DNA of 51,850 nucleotides from the NCBI GenBank assembly GCA_964428215.1, contig CAYRXO010000001.1, positions 1 to 51,850 of the forward strand. The letters run 5' to 3'. Position numbers and translations under genes: made by a program. How positions within the stretch are numbered: position 1 is the stretch's first letter; each line of letters starts with the position of its first letter. The DNA is from an uncultured Candidatus Accumulibacter sp. GTDB lineage: Bacteria; Pseudomonadota; Gammaproteobacteria; Burkholderiales; Rhodocyclaceae. Below the pieces are notes generated by a model. It had not been told where the DNA came from, did no database searches, and worked only from the letters and a program-made list of their open reading frames with translations. This document shows, piece by piece, positions 40,259 to 51,274 of the stretch.

Positions 40259-41242
40259 ATGCGCATCGATCAAGCCGTGCTTGCCTTGAGTGCCACCCAT
40301 GATTACAGCAGGGAGCGTGAACTCGCTTACCACGCCATGCCGCCCTTTCGACAGCTTCTGCAAAGCCGGGCCACCTCCGAGCCGGCCACTCCGGCGGCGT
40401 CCGGCGCGGCAGAACATGAGCGGGGGCGGCTGCTGACGCTGATCGCTGCGCTGCTGACGCGCATGCTCGCCTTGCTTGCCGGACGGCAGGAAACGAGCCG
40501 TAGCGGCCTGCAAATGGCGCTGCGCGACGACGGAACGACGTTGGGACGAAGCAACGTCGATCAGTCCGCGGATCGATGGACCCTTGCCTGGCAGGCGCAA
40601 AGGGAAGAAATCATCCGCGAACACGAAAGCAGCGACTTCACGGCGCACGGACTGGTCCTCACCGCCGATGGCCGGGTACTCGATTTTGCGCTCGATTTGT
40701 CGATGTGCCGTGATTATCAGCGCGTCAATCAACAGACGGTGAGCGGCGCCTTGCAGTTGCGCGATCCGCTGGTGGTCAATTTTGCCGGCAACGCACTGCA
40801 GTTGGCCGGCAAACGTTTTGCTTTCGATCTCGATCAGGACGGTCGCGACGAGGCACTGTACGCTTTGGGCCGTGGCAGTGCTTATCTGGCCATTGACCGC
40901 GACAGCAACGGACGCATCAACGACGGCGGCGAATTGTTCGGCAGCACGTCGGGCAACGCTTTTGCCGATCTGGCCAAACTTGACGACGATGGCAACCACT
41001 GGATCGACGAAGCCGACGCCGCTTTCGCCAAGCTGCGGCTCTGGTCCGGCGGCGAAAGGGAAACGACACTGCACACGCTCACTGAACAAGGCATCGGCGC
41101 GCTGTATCTCGGGTCGGTGGACACGCCCTTCACGATCACCGATCCGGCCAACCGCACCCTGGCGCAGATTCGCGCCGCAGGCCTGTTCCTGCACGAGAAT
41201 GGCAGCGTCGGCAGCCTGCAACAACTCGATCTTGCCGTCTGA
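40259..41242 (+). CDS. Hypothetical protein with DxDxDG Ca2+-binding-like loops
   Basis: DPLVVNF, FDLDQDG, DRDSNGRINDGGELFG, LDDDGNHWIDEAD; C-terminal GSLQQLDLAV; GGGAG RBS; no Sec signal. Confidence 0.8.
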   Translation: MRIDQAVLALSATHDYSRERELAYHAMPPFRQLLQSRATSEPATPAASGAAEHERGRLLTLIAALLTRMLALLAGRQETSRSGLQMALRDDGTTLGRSNVDQSADRWTLAWQAQREEIIREHESSDFTAHGLVLTADGRVLDFALDLSMCRDYQRVNQQTVSGALQLRDPLVVNFAGNALQLAGKRFAFDLDQDGRDEALYALGRGSAYLAIDRDSNGRINDGGELFGSTSGNAFADLAKLDDDGNHWIDEADAAFAKLRLWSGGERETTLHTLTEQGIGALYLGSVDTPFTITDPANRTLAQIRAAGLFLHENGSVGSLQQLDLAV

Positions 41243-41332
41243 CGGAGCAGGACGTCGTTTCCAGATTGGGCACGGCCTGGCCTAGTCCTGCCCTGCTGAG
41301 CGCCGGGGTCGATTCGGCACCGGCCGCCCGCC

Positions 41333-42385
<1,053 letters not shown>

Positions 42386-42511
42386 TCAAAAAGCAGACTG
42401 TAACGACGACAGCCACAAACGGGCAAGCGAAATGGCGGCATCGGCCCGACCGTCACCGGCAGCCAAGGTCACTCGCCGGTTCAGTGTCAACCGTTCGACA
42501 GCGAATCGGGG

Positions 42512-42662
42512 TCAGGCGCGCGTTACCGTGATGTCGGCCAGGCAGGAGGTATCGCGCGGCGTTGGCAATTCCTGCCGCATCTGCCATTCGCGCTTTTTCT
42601 CGCCGACGCCTGCCGAAGCAACGCGGATGACTCCCTTGCCGAACTTCGCATGGATGCTATTG
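42512..42662 (-). pseudogene. Remnant of the C-terminus (DUF4113) of a UmuC-type Y-family polymerase
   Basis: SIHAKFGKGVIRVASAG...WQMRQELPTPRDTSCLADITVTRA* resembles D.IN.RFG.G.IR.A...W.MRQE..SP.YTT.W..LP.V.A; no upstream polymerase domain. Confidence 0.65.
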
Positions 42663-42799
42663 CGTCCGCACGCACATCTGGTCATCGCCAAGGACAACGG
42701 CAATGCACCCGTGCGGACTGTTCCCGACGTGCCCGTTATTGATGACCCCGCTTCTCGATCCGGGTCCGCCCCTCAAGAGCAACCCCAGCCTGGTCATCG

Positions 42800-42998
42800 A
42801 CAAGATCAAGCGGCAGATCAATGTTGGCTGATCGAGGCCTCCGTCAGCATCCTCCGCCTCAACCCCATTCCTGAGGAAATCGCTTTGAACGAGCAGAAGT
42901 TCGACCCTGATCGCGCCCGACCGCGAAAACCGCGGCCGAAGCCGCAGCTGTCACATGTTTACCAGTGTTTATGGCCATAAGCTAACTGGTGAGGATTG
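42800..42998 (+). mobile_element. IS4-family remnant (transposase C-terminal tail and right terminal repeat)
   Basis: EEIALNEQKFDPDRARPRKPRPKPQLSHVY resembles IS4 transposase tails. It is followed by GCTAACTGGTGAGGATTG, the reverse complement of a CAAT...CAGTTA IS4-type terminus. Confidence 0.5.
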
Positions 42999-43109
42999 GG
43001 GCCTTCTCCCCTGACAACGCTGCTATCGCAACCTGCTTTTTGAATTGCGCTGATGTTGCTTGCGTTTCACGCCCATCTTGCATGCCCTTTCGGTTCGGTC
43101 GGTCTTGGC

Positions 43110-44408
43110 TTATCCGACTGTCCGAAAAGCCGGGACCGCCGCAGGCGTCGAGGATGTCATTTCGTCGATCAAGGCGAGGGTGCGCGCCGTCGCTCCCTGG
43201 TGTGTCCGGCTAAACTCTTGTGCTGCCTGGCGCATGGCTGACAGACGTCCTTCGTCGTTCAGCAATTCGCCCGCCAGCCGTGCCGCGTTGTTGACGTCCG
43301 CTACGCGACACGCAGCGCCCGCCGCCAGGGCATCGGCACTGGCTTGAGCAAAATTGAACATGTGCGGGCCGATCAATACCGGACAAGCGCAAGCGGCCGC
43401 TTCGATCAGATTTTGTCCGCCGAAAGGCAACCAGCTGCCGCCGATCAGCGCCAGATCAGCCAGGCTGTAATACGCCGCCATTTCTCCCATGCTGTCGCCA
43501 AGCCAAACCTGCGTGTGCTCGTCGGGGAGTGTCTGCGCGCTACGCCGGCAATAATGCAGCCGTCGGCTGCTCAGCAACTGGGCGACTTCGTCGAAGCGTT
43601 GCGGATGACGCGGCACCAACAGCAGCAATAAATCGTCGATGCGCAGGCTGGCTAGCGCAGTGAGCAGCAAGGCCTCTTCGCCGTCGCGGGTACTGGCGGC
43701 GAGCAGCACGGGTCGTTTGCCGATCGCTTGCCGCCATTGCCTGCCCAAAGCCAGTTTGTCGGCAGCGGGCGTGACGTCGAATTTGAGATTGCCGACGACG
43801 GCTACCGGATGCGCAGCGAGCGACTGCAAGCGTGCCGCGTCCGCCGCGCTCTGTGCCGCCACCGCGATCAGCGATGAGAGTGCCGGTTCAATCAACGCCC
43901 GCAAGCGCCTGTAGCCGCGTTGAGAACGTGCCGACAGGCGTGCGTTGACCAGCAGGAGCGGCAAATGGCGGCGCTTGGCGGCGGCGATCAGGTTTGGCCA
44001 GATCTCGGTTTCCATCAACAAACCGAGCGACGGCTGAAAACGATCGAGAAAACGTTCGCAGGCACCCGGCAGGTCGTAAGGTAGATACGCCTGCAGCAAT
44101 CGCTGCGGATGCCGTTGCAGCAACTCGCTGGCGGCGGCGCGTCCGGTCGGCGTCATGTGCGTCAGCAACAGACGCTGTCCGGGGTGGGCGGCGAGCAGCG
44201 CTTCGACCAAGGGCGCCGCCGCGCGCGTTTCACCGACTGAAACGGCATGCAGCCAGATGCATGGTTCTTCGGCGGCAGAAGGGCCGTAGCCAAGCCTTTC
44301 GCACAGATGCTGCCGATACTCGGGCTGCCCGCGCGAGCGCCAGAACAGGCGCAGCCAGATCAGCGGCATTGCCAGGTAAAACAGCAGCGTGTAAAGCCAG
44401 CGGGCCAT
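43110..44408 (-). CDS. waaA: 3-deoxy-D-manno-octulosonic acid (Kdo) transferase
   Basis: WLHAVSVGE, YLPYD, METEIWPN, NARLS, GNLKFD, VPRHPQRF, DSMGEM, GGQNLIE. Confidence 0.96.
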   Translation of the reverse strand: MARWLYTLLFYLAMPLIWLRLFWRSRGQPEYRQHLCERLGYGPSAAEEPCIWLHAVSVGETRAAAPLVEALLAAHPGQRLLLTHMTPTGRAAASELLQRHPQRLLQAYLPYDLPGACERFLDRFQPSLGLLMETEIWPNLIAAAKRRHLPLLLVNARLSARSQRGYRRLRALIEPALSSLIAVAAQSAADAARLQSLAAHPVAVVGNLKFDVTPAADKLALGRQWRQAIGKRPVLLAASTRDGEEALLLTALASLRIDDLLLLLVPRHPQRFDEVAQLLSSRRLHYCRRSAQTLPDEHTQVWLGDSMGEMAAYYSLADLALIGGSWLPFGGQNLIEAAACACPVLIGPHMFNFAQASADALAAGAACRVADVNNAARLAGELLNDEGRLSAMRQAAQEFSRTHQGATARTLALIDEMTSSTPAAVPAFRTVG

Positions 44409-45358
44409 CAACGTAATGCCAGATCGATGATGCGCAGCACGTCGGCGACGGAAGGCGACTGCTCTTTGCCGCCCAGATTGCGGCAGAAACCGGTACCGAG
44501 AACCCCGGTCAGCGCCGGATCGGTGGCGGTGTACAAAGCGATGACCGGCACACGTAAAGCGGCGGCAAGGTGCACCAGTCCGGTATCGACGCCAACGGCC
44601 AGACGGGCGCCGGCCAACAAGTGTGCCAGCGCTGACAAGGTCATGGGCGGTGCGACCCGGCTGCCGGCGACCGTGCCGACGATCCGCCCGGCACGTTGCC
44701 GTTCGACCGCATTGCCAGCGGGCAGGATCGGGGTCAAGCCACGCGCGACCAGCGCTGCGGCCAGCGCAGACCAGCGGCTTTCCTGCCACAGTTTGTCGTC
44801 GCGACTGGTCGCGGTCAGCAGTATGGCCAGGTGTTCTCCTGGCTGCTCAGTCGGAGCGGGAACGACCGACGACAAACCATAGTCGAGCGGCAGATCAACT
44901 GGGTAATCGAACGCCGCCGCCGCCAGCCAACGGTTGCGTTGCACGGCATGCACATTGCGCGGAATGACGAAAGTCGCGTCGTAGAATCTCGCCGCCCACG
45001 GTTCGCGCGCCGCTTCGGCGGCGTAGCCACAGCGCACGCCGTGCGCCAGCCGGGCGATCAGCCCGCTTTTCAGCAGGCCCTGCGTATCCAGGACGTAATC
45101 GTAGGCGGCGGCGATGCGTCGACGGAACGCGGCAATCTCCTTCCAGGTGGCCCAGGCGCCAAGATGTCGCCGCCAACGGCGGATCGCTACCGGGATCACC
45201 TGTTCGACGCCCGGATGCAGGCCCGGCAGATCGGCAAATGCTTCTTCGACGCACCAGTCGATGCGCGCCGTCGGCAGGCTGAGACGCAAGTCGCTGACCA
45301 CCGGCAGATTGTGAATGACATCGCCAAGTGATGTCGTCTTGATCAGCAATATGCGCAT
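44408..45358 (-). CDS. waaC: LPS heptosyltransferase I
   Basis: MRILLIKTTSLGDVIH, DTQGLLKS, HAVQRNR, GVDTGLVHLAAA. Confidence 0.94.
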   Translation of the reverse strand: MRILLIKTTSLGDVIHNLPVVSDLRLSLPTARIDWCVEEAFADLPGLHPGVEQVIPVAIRRWRRHLGAWATWKEIAAFRRRIAAAYDYVLDTQGLLKSGLIARLAHGVRCGYAAEAAREPWAARFYDATFVIPRNVHAVQRNRWLAAAAFDYPVDLPLDYGLSSVVPAPTEQPGEHLAILLTATSRDDKLWQESRWSALAAALVARGLTPILPAGNAVERQRAGRIVGTVAGSRVAPPMTLSALAHLLAGARLAVGVDTGLVHLAAALRVPVIALYTATDPALTGVLGTGFCRNLGGKEQSPSVADVLRIIDLALR

Positions 45359-45417
45359 CGAATCATCTCGAAAGCATATCGTCGGGTTGTGCTGACGCCG
45401 CCGGCAAATGGCGCAAA

Positions 45418-45444
45418 TAGAAACGGAGGCCGGGCGGCCTCCGT
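45418..45444 (-). terminator. Probable intrinsic terminator of the TRAP SBP gene
   Basis: 9-bp stem ACGGAGGCC-N4-GGCCTCCGT followed on the minus strand by TTCTATTT. Confidence 0.65.
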
Positions 45445-45487
45445 AATCCGTGACAGCGCGGCTGCCACGCCGTGAAACGCGGTCGTC

Positions 45488-46567
45488 CTATTTCTTGGTG
45501 AACATGTAGTTGGCGAAACCGCCCTCGGCAATCCGGAACCACAGATTCTGATCATCCATGAATTTCTTGTAATCGTCATAAACTTTCTTGAAGCCCGGAT
45601 TGGCTGCCGAGGTTTCCTTGTACAGTTGCATGGCTGCCGCGTAGCAGCCATCCATCACTTCTTTCGAGAACTGGCGCAATTGTGTTCCCGAAGCGACCAG
45701 TTGCTTGAGTGCTGTCGGATTTTTGGCATCGTATTTGGACATCATGTCCACGTGCGCATCGGCACAGGCAATCTGCAGAATCGTCTGGTATTCCTTGGGC
45801 AGTTCCGCCCATTTCTTGCTGTTGATGTACGCCGAGACCTGCGGGCCGCCTTCCCACCAGCCGGGATAGTAGTAGAACTTGGCCACTTTGTTGAAACCGA
45901 GTTTCTGGTCGTCATAGGGGCCGATCCATTCGGCGGCGTCGATCGTGCCTTTTTCGAGAGCCGGGTAAATGTCACTGCCGGGGATCTGTTGTGGCACGGC
46001 GCCGAGTTTGGTCAACACCGCACCGGCAAAACCGCCGATACGGATTTTCAAACCTTTGAAATCGGCAACCGTCTTGATTTCCTTGCGATACCAGCCGCCC
46101 ATCTGCGCGCCGGTATTGCCACAGGGAATGGTGAGGATGTTCGACTTGGCGAAGACTTCGCCCATCAGCTTGGCGCCGTTGCCATAACGATACCAGGCGT
46201 CGATCTGACGGTTGTTCATGCCAAACGGGATGGCCGTGTCGATGGCGTAGGTCGGGTCCTTGCCGAAGAAGTAATAGGAGACGGTGTGCGCCATTTCGAC
46301 CGTCAGGTCCTTGACGGCGTCGAACACCGCTGCCCCGGGAACGATTTCGCCGCCGGCAAAAACCTGAATCTGAAATTTTCCGCCGGTAGCTTCAGCAACG
46401 CGCTTGGCCATGTGCTCGGCACCGCCATAGATGGTATCGAGGCTCTTCGGAAAACTCGATGCCAGACGCCATTTGATGGTTGGCGCATTCTGGGCGATCG
46501 CCGGCATGGCGGCGGTTCCGGCGGCCAAACCAACACCGGCCGACTTCAAAAATGAACGTCTTTCCAC
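45488..46567 (-). CDS. TRAP transporter solute-binding protein (DctP/TakP-like, Tat signal)
   Basis: GTG start with an AGGAG RBS; ERRSFLK Tat motif; WRLASSFPKSLD, GNTGAQMGGW, ALEKGTIDAAEW, YYYPGWWE. Confidence 0.92.
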   Translation of the reverse strand: MERRSFLKSAGVGLAAGTAAMPAIAQNAPTIKWRLASSFPKSLDTIYGGAEHMAKRVAEATGGKFQIQVFAGGEIVPGAAVFDAVKDLTVEMAHTVSYYFFGKDPTYAIDTAIPFGMNNRQIDAWYRYGNGAKLMGEVFAKSNILTIPCGNTGAQMGGWYRKEIKTVADFKGLKIRIGGFAGAVLTKLGAVPQQIPGSDIYPALEKGTIDAAEWIGPYDDQKLGFNKVAKFYYYPGWWEGGPQVSAYINSKKWAELPKEYQTILQIACADAHVDMMSKYDAKNPTALKQLVASGTQLRQFSKEVMDGCYAAAMQLYKETSAANPGFKKVYDDYKKFMDDQNLWFRIAEGGFANYMFTKK

Positions 46568-47022
46568 GGTTTGTCTCCTATCTGGATATGGTCTTGCAAA
46601 ATAAAGGCTGATTATACTCAAAGAAAACAGGGATTAGCGAGTTGCACACTCGCGCTGCTCATGCAGCCTGCTCGCCCGCCAGATTGCGCGCGCAATTGCA
46701 GCCGACTAGCCGATCCCGCCATCGTAGTGATACAAGAAGCGGCTCCGGATGCTCTCGAGATCTGATCATCTCTCAAGCAAGTCAGTCCAGATGATTGATT
46801 AATAATCATACAGGGAAACGGCTTCCTTCTCGACGTCTCGCGGCCGCAGGCCGATTACTTCGTCAAGCCAATTTTCTGCCGCCGCTACAGCATCGGTCAC
46901 AAACGACACCGTGTCATGCTGTCCCGGCGCCACGACGGGCGGCTTTCAGGCGGCCTAGACGCTCGTGCAGCCGATCCATAACGTTTCTCAGCGCGCACCG
47001 CCCGCCCCCCTAATCCAATCCG

Positions 47023-47212
47023 GTGCCAGCGACATCCTGAAGACACATCACTTCCTCTCCGGAAAGGATTTGGCGGAAACCTTGCAGCGCCACGTCTTCC
47101 AGTACAACAATCGGCTTGGGCCAGTCAGACGCCCGCGCAAGCGATGCATAAATGGTTTGTTGCACACCCCGACGCTTGCAGCGGAAACCGGATGATCGAC
47201 CGGGAGGTGACA
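47023..47212 (+). mobile_element. IS481-family remnant (degraded transposase C-terminus and terminal repeat)
   Basis: SDILKTHHFLSGKDLAETLQRHVFQYN, then frameshifted TPAQAMHKWFVAHP; ends GACCGGGAGGTGACA, i.e. a 5'-TGT IS481-type terminus. Confidence 0.65.
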
Positions 47213-47277
47213 CTGCAGAGCAGCTGCCCGCTTTGACCAAGCCTGTCGGCAGTATGTGCCCGGCCTGCCGTTTGGCG

Positions 47278-49581
47278 TCAATCATCCGGAGGGGTATCGG
47301 TCGCATCTCCCGCAGGCATATCCGCATCGCCATCGCCTTCACCGGGTGCGTTTTCTTCATAGAACAATTCCTGCGACTGCGCCTTGTTGCGTCGAGTATT
47401 GCGCACCACCAAACCTTCGGGAGCCGGCAAAAACGCTTCGGGCACATTTTTCAACGCCTTGGACATGAAAGCGATCCAGGTCGGCAACGCCGCCGTGCCG
47501 CCTGTTTCCCCTTTGCCGAGATTTTTCGGCTGGTCGAAACCGATCCATGAACAGCCGACGATCGTTTGTTGGTAACCGCAGAACCAGGCATCAACGTGTT
47601 CATTGGTCGTACCGGTCTTGCCGGCCAGATCCTTGCGTTTGAGAATGCTCGACGCTTTCGCTGCCGTCCCGTAAATCGTCACGTCGCGCATCATGCTGTC
47701 CATCAAATAGGCATTGCGGGCGTCGATGGCGCGCATGCTCTCGTCGCCGGCTGGCGTCGGCTCCATGCGCGCCAGCACCACTTTTTTGTCGTCCTGAATT
47801 TCACTGACGATATACGGTCGGATGCGGTAACCGCCATTGGCGAAGATCGCGTAAGCGCTGACCATTTGCCAGGGAGTGACCGAACCGGCACCGAGCGCCA
47901 TCGTCAGGTAAGGCGGGTGCCTGCTGGCCTCAAAACCGAAGCGGGTGATGTAATCCTGCACGAAGTTTACGCCGCTCGACTGGAGCAGACGGATCGAAAC
48001 CATGTTTTTCGACTTGGCAAGCGCCGTGCGCATGCGCATCGGCCCTTCATAGCGGTCATCGTAATTTTTCGGTTCCCATGTCTGACTGCCGGTCACTGAC
48101 GAAGGGAAGCTGATCGGCTCGTCCTTGATGATCGATGCCGGCGTAAACCCTTTTTCGAGCGCGGCCGAATAGATGAATGGCTTGAAACTCGATCCCGGTT
48201 GCCGCCAGGCTTGCGTGACATGGTTGAACTGGTTGCGATTGAAATCGAAGCCGCCAACCAGGGCGCGAATGGCGCCGTCATGTGGATCGGCGGCCAAAAA
48301 GGCCGCTTCCGCGTCCGGCAACTGGACGATGCGCCAGTTGTTCCGGTCGTCGCCTTGCACGCGGATCACGGCGCCGCGCTGGATGCGCTTACCGGGCGGC
48401 GCTTTGTCGTCGAGCATGCGCGCGGCAAAGCGCAAACCTTCGCCGCTGATGGTGATAGTCTCTCCGCCGCGTCGCACGGCACGCACTTTTTTGCTGTCGG
48501 CCTGAAAGACGATCGCCGGATGCAGATCGTCGAGGTCGGGATAATCCTGGAACAGGTCATCGATCGCCTCGTCCTGCTCCGACTTGATATCCTTCAGATC
48601 GACATTGCCCTCGGCCCCGCGGTAGCCATGCCGACGGTCGTACTCGAGCAGGCCGCTGCGGACGCTGGCGTACGCCGCCTGCTGGTCGGCTAGACGTATC
48701 GTTGTATAGACGCGCAGGCCGCGCGTGTAGACACCGTCGGGAAAACTTTCCGCGGCCAGCTGTCGGGCCATTTCGGTTACATACTCGGCATGTACGGGAG
48801 CCTGATCGATATCACGTTTGATCACCAAGGGTTGTTCGACGGCCTGTGAGTGTTCCTTTTGAGTGATGAACCCCAATTCCAGCATCCGGTTGAGGACGTA
48901 CTGCTGCCGGGCGCGGGCGCGTTTGGGATTGACCACTGGATTGTTTGCCGACGGCGCTTTCGGCAGTCCGGCCAGCATGGCGATTTCGGCAAGGGACAAT
49001 TCGGCGAGCGGTTTGCCGAAATAGGTGTGCGACGCGGCAGCAAAGCCGTAGGCATGCTGACCGAGGTAAATCTGGTTGATATACAGCTCGAGAATCTGAT
49101 CCTTACTGAGGTTGTTCTCGATCTTGAACGACAGCAAGGCCTCGTACAGCTTGCGGGTATAGGTTTTCTCGGAAGACAGAAAAAAATTCTTCGCCACCTG
49201 CTGGGTAATCGTCGACGCGCCCTGCCGCTTGCCACCACCGGTTACATTGGCGAACAGTGCGCGCAGGATGCCCTGCGAGTCGACGCCGTGATGTTGATAG
49301 AAACGTTCGTCCTCAGCCGCCAGAATGGCCTGCTTCATCACTGGCGGAACATCCTGGATGTTGACCAGCGCGCGGCGTTCCTCACCGAATTCGCCGAGCA
49401 GATAGCCGTCAGCCGTAAAAATCTGTAATGGAATTTTCGGCCGATAGTCGGTCAGAATTTCCAGGGACGGCAGGTTGGGATAGGTGAGACTGAGGACAGC
49501 AATCAACACCGCCGCGACGATGGCCAGTAATCCGAGAATAAAAACAATCGGATAAAGGATGATGCGCAGGAAGGTAGGCAA
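47278..49581 (-). CDS. mrcA: Penicillin-binding protein 1A
   Basis: N-terminal TM; transglycosylase motifs EDERF..H.G, GASTITQQVAKN, RKLYE; transpeptidase motifs SSFK, SKN, KTG; TTG start. Confidence 0.95.
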   Translation of the reverse strand: MPTFLRIILYPIVFILGLLAIVAAVLIAVLSLTYPNLPSLEILTDYRPKIPLQIFTADGYLLGEFGEERRALVNIQDVPPVMKQAILAAEDERFYQHHGVDSQGILRALFANVTGGGKRQGASTITQQVAKNFFLSSEKTYTRKLYEALLSFKIENNLSKDQILELYINQIYLGQHAYGFAAASHTYFGKPLAELSLAEIAMLAGLPKAPSANNPVVNPKRARARQQYVLNRMLELGFITQKEHSQAVEQPLVIKRDIDQAPVHAEYVTEMARQLAAESFPDGVYTRGLRVYTTIRLADQQAAYASVRSGLLEYDRRHGYRGAEGNVDLKDIKSEQDEAIDDLFQDYPDLDDLHPAIVFQADSKKVRAVRRGGETITISGEGLRFAARMLDDKAPPGKRIQRGAVIRVQGDDRNNWRIVQLPDAEAAFLAADPHDGAIRALVGGFDFNRNQFNHVTQAWRQPGSSFKPFIYSAALEKGFTPASIIKDEPISFPSSVTGSQTWEPKNYDDRYEGPMRMRTALAKSKNMVSIRLLQSSGVNFVQDYITRFGFEASRHPPYLTMALGAGSVTPWQMVSAYAIFANGGYRIRPYIVSEIQDDKKVVLARMEPTPAGDESMRAIDARNAYLMDSMMRDVTIYGTAAKASSILKRKDLAGKTGTTNEHVDAWFCGYQQTIVGCSWIGFDQPKNLGKGETGGTAALPTWIAFMSKALKNVPEAFLPAPEGLVVRNTRRNKAQSQELFYEENAPGEGDGDADMPAGDATDTPPDD

Positions 49582-49879
49582 AACGGCGTCCAGAGCGAGG
49601 GCGATAGAGTCTCTATTATAGGGGCGAGGGCAAGACCGGTGAGCTTGTGAGCTGACGATGCAGGGCAGACGAGGAAAATCGCCGAGTCACGCTTCCTCCG
49701 TCAGCTTCTGCAATTGGGGCGAGAACGGTAATGGGAGAATTGCCGCCTCGCCGTTAAATCGATTCCCTGTCCGTTCTCATCTATCCCTCAACCCCTTGCC
49801 CAAAGGAGGACAAGGGGAGAGGACGCGGCGGACGACGCCTATTTGCCGGCTGGTACTGAGTAGCCGTCGCGCCAGCTGC

Positions 49880-51046
<1,167 letters not shown>

Positions 51047-51064
51047 GTAGCTATCTGCTCCAAG

Positions 51065-51101
51065 AAAAAACCCCGGGATGGCGGCGTGGCCAGCTCCGGG
51101 G
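51065..51101 (-). terminator. Terminator-like hairpin in the metK leader
   Basis: Minus strand CCCCGG...CCGGGG stem followed by UUUUUU, located between the aptamer and the metK RBS. Confidence 0.6.
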
Positions 51102-51117
51102 TCTCGAGCAGACGACG

Positions 51118-51186
51118 CTTTAGCAGTATTTAATTGCCGTTTCTCGGCATGCCCGCCCTGCAAGTTGTCTGAATTAACTCGGCGGA
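51118..51186 (-). ncRNA. SAM-II-class (long-loop) riboswitch aptamer
   Basis: Minus strand CCGCC-GAGUU...CUUGC-AG-GGCGG (P1 closed), an inserted UGCCG/CGGCA hairpin, then AUUAAAU-ACU-GCUAAA. These are the SAM-II hallmarks, directly upstream of metK. Confidence 0.8.
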
Positions 51187-51192
51187 GTCATA

Positions 51193-51221
51193 ATTATAGA
51201 TATGCCCCGCTAGTGGGTCAA
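51193..51221 (-). promoter_or_regulatory. Sigma70 promoter of metK
   Basis: TTGACC (51221-51216), 17-bp spacer, TATAAT (51198-51193); the predicted start site at about 51186 coincides with the aptamer 5' end. Confidence 0.8.
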
Positions 51222-51274
51222 ACGCACATTGCACCGACAGTATCCGTCACCACCGTCTGACGACCGGCCAGCGC

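Noticed and set aside
49783-49822. REP-like CCCTCAACCCCTTG...CAAGGGGAGAGG hairpin between metK and mrcA
   Set aside because: A single degenerate copy in the window; it cannot be distinguished from an ordinary hairpin without a genome-wide search.
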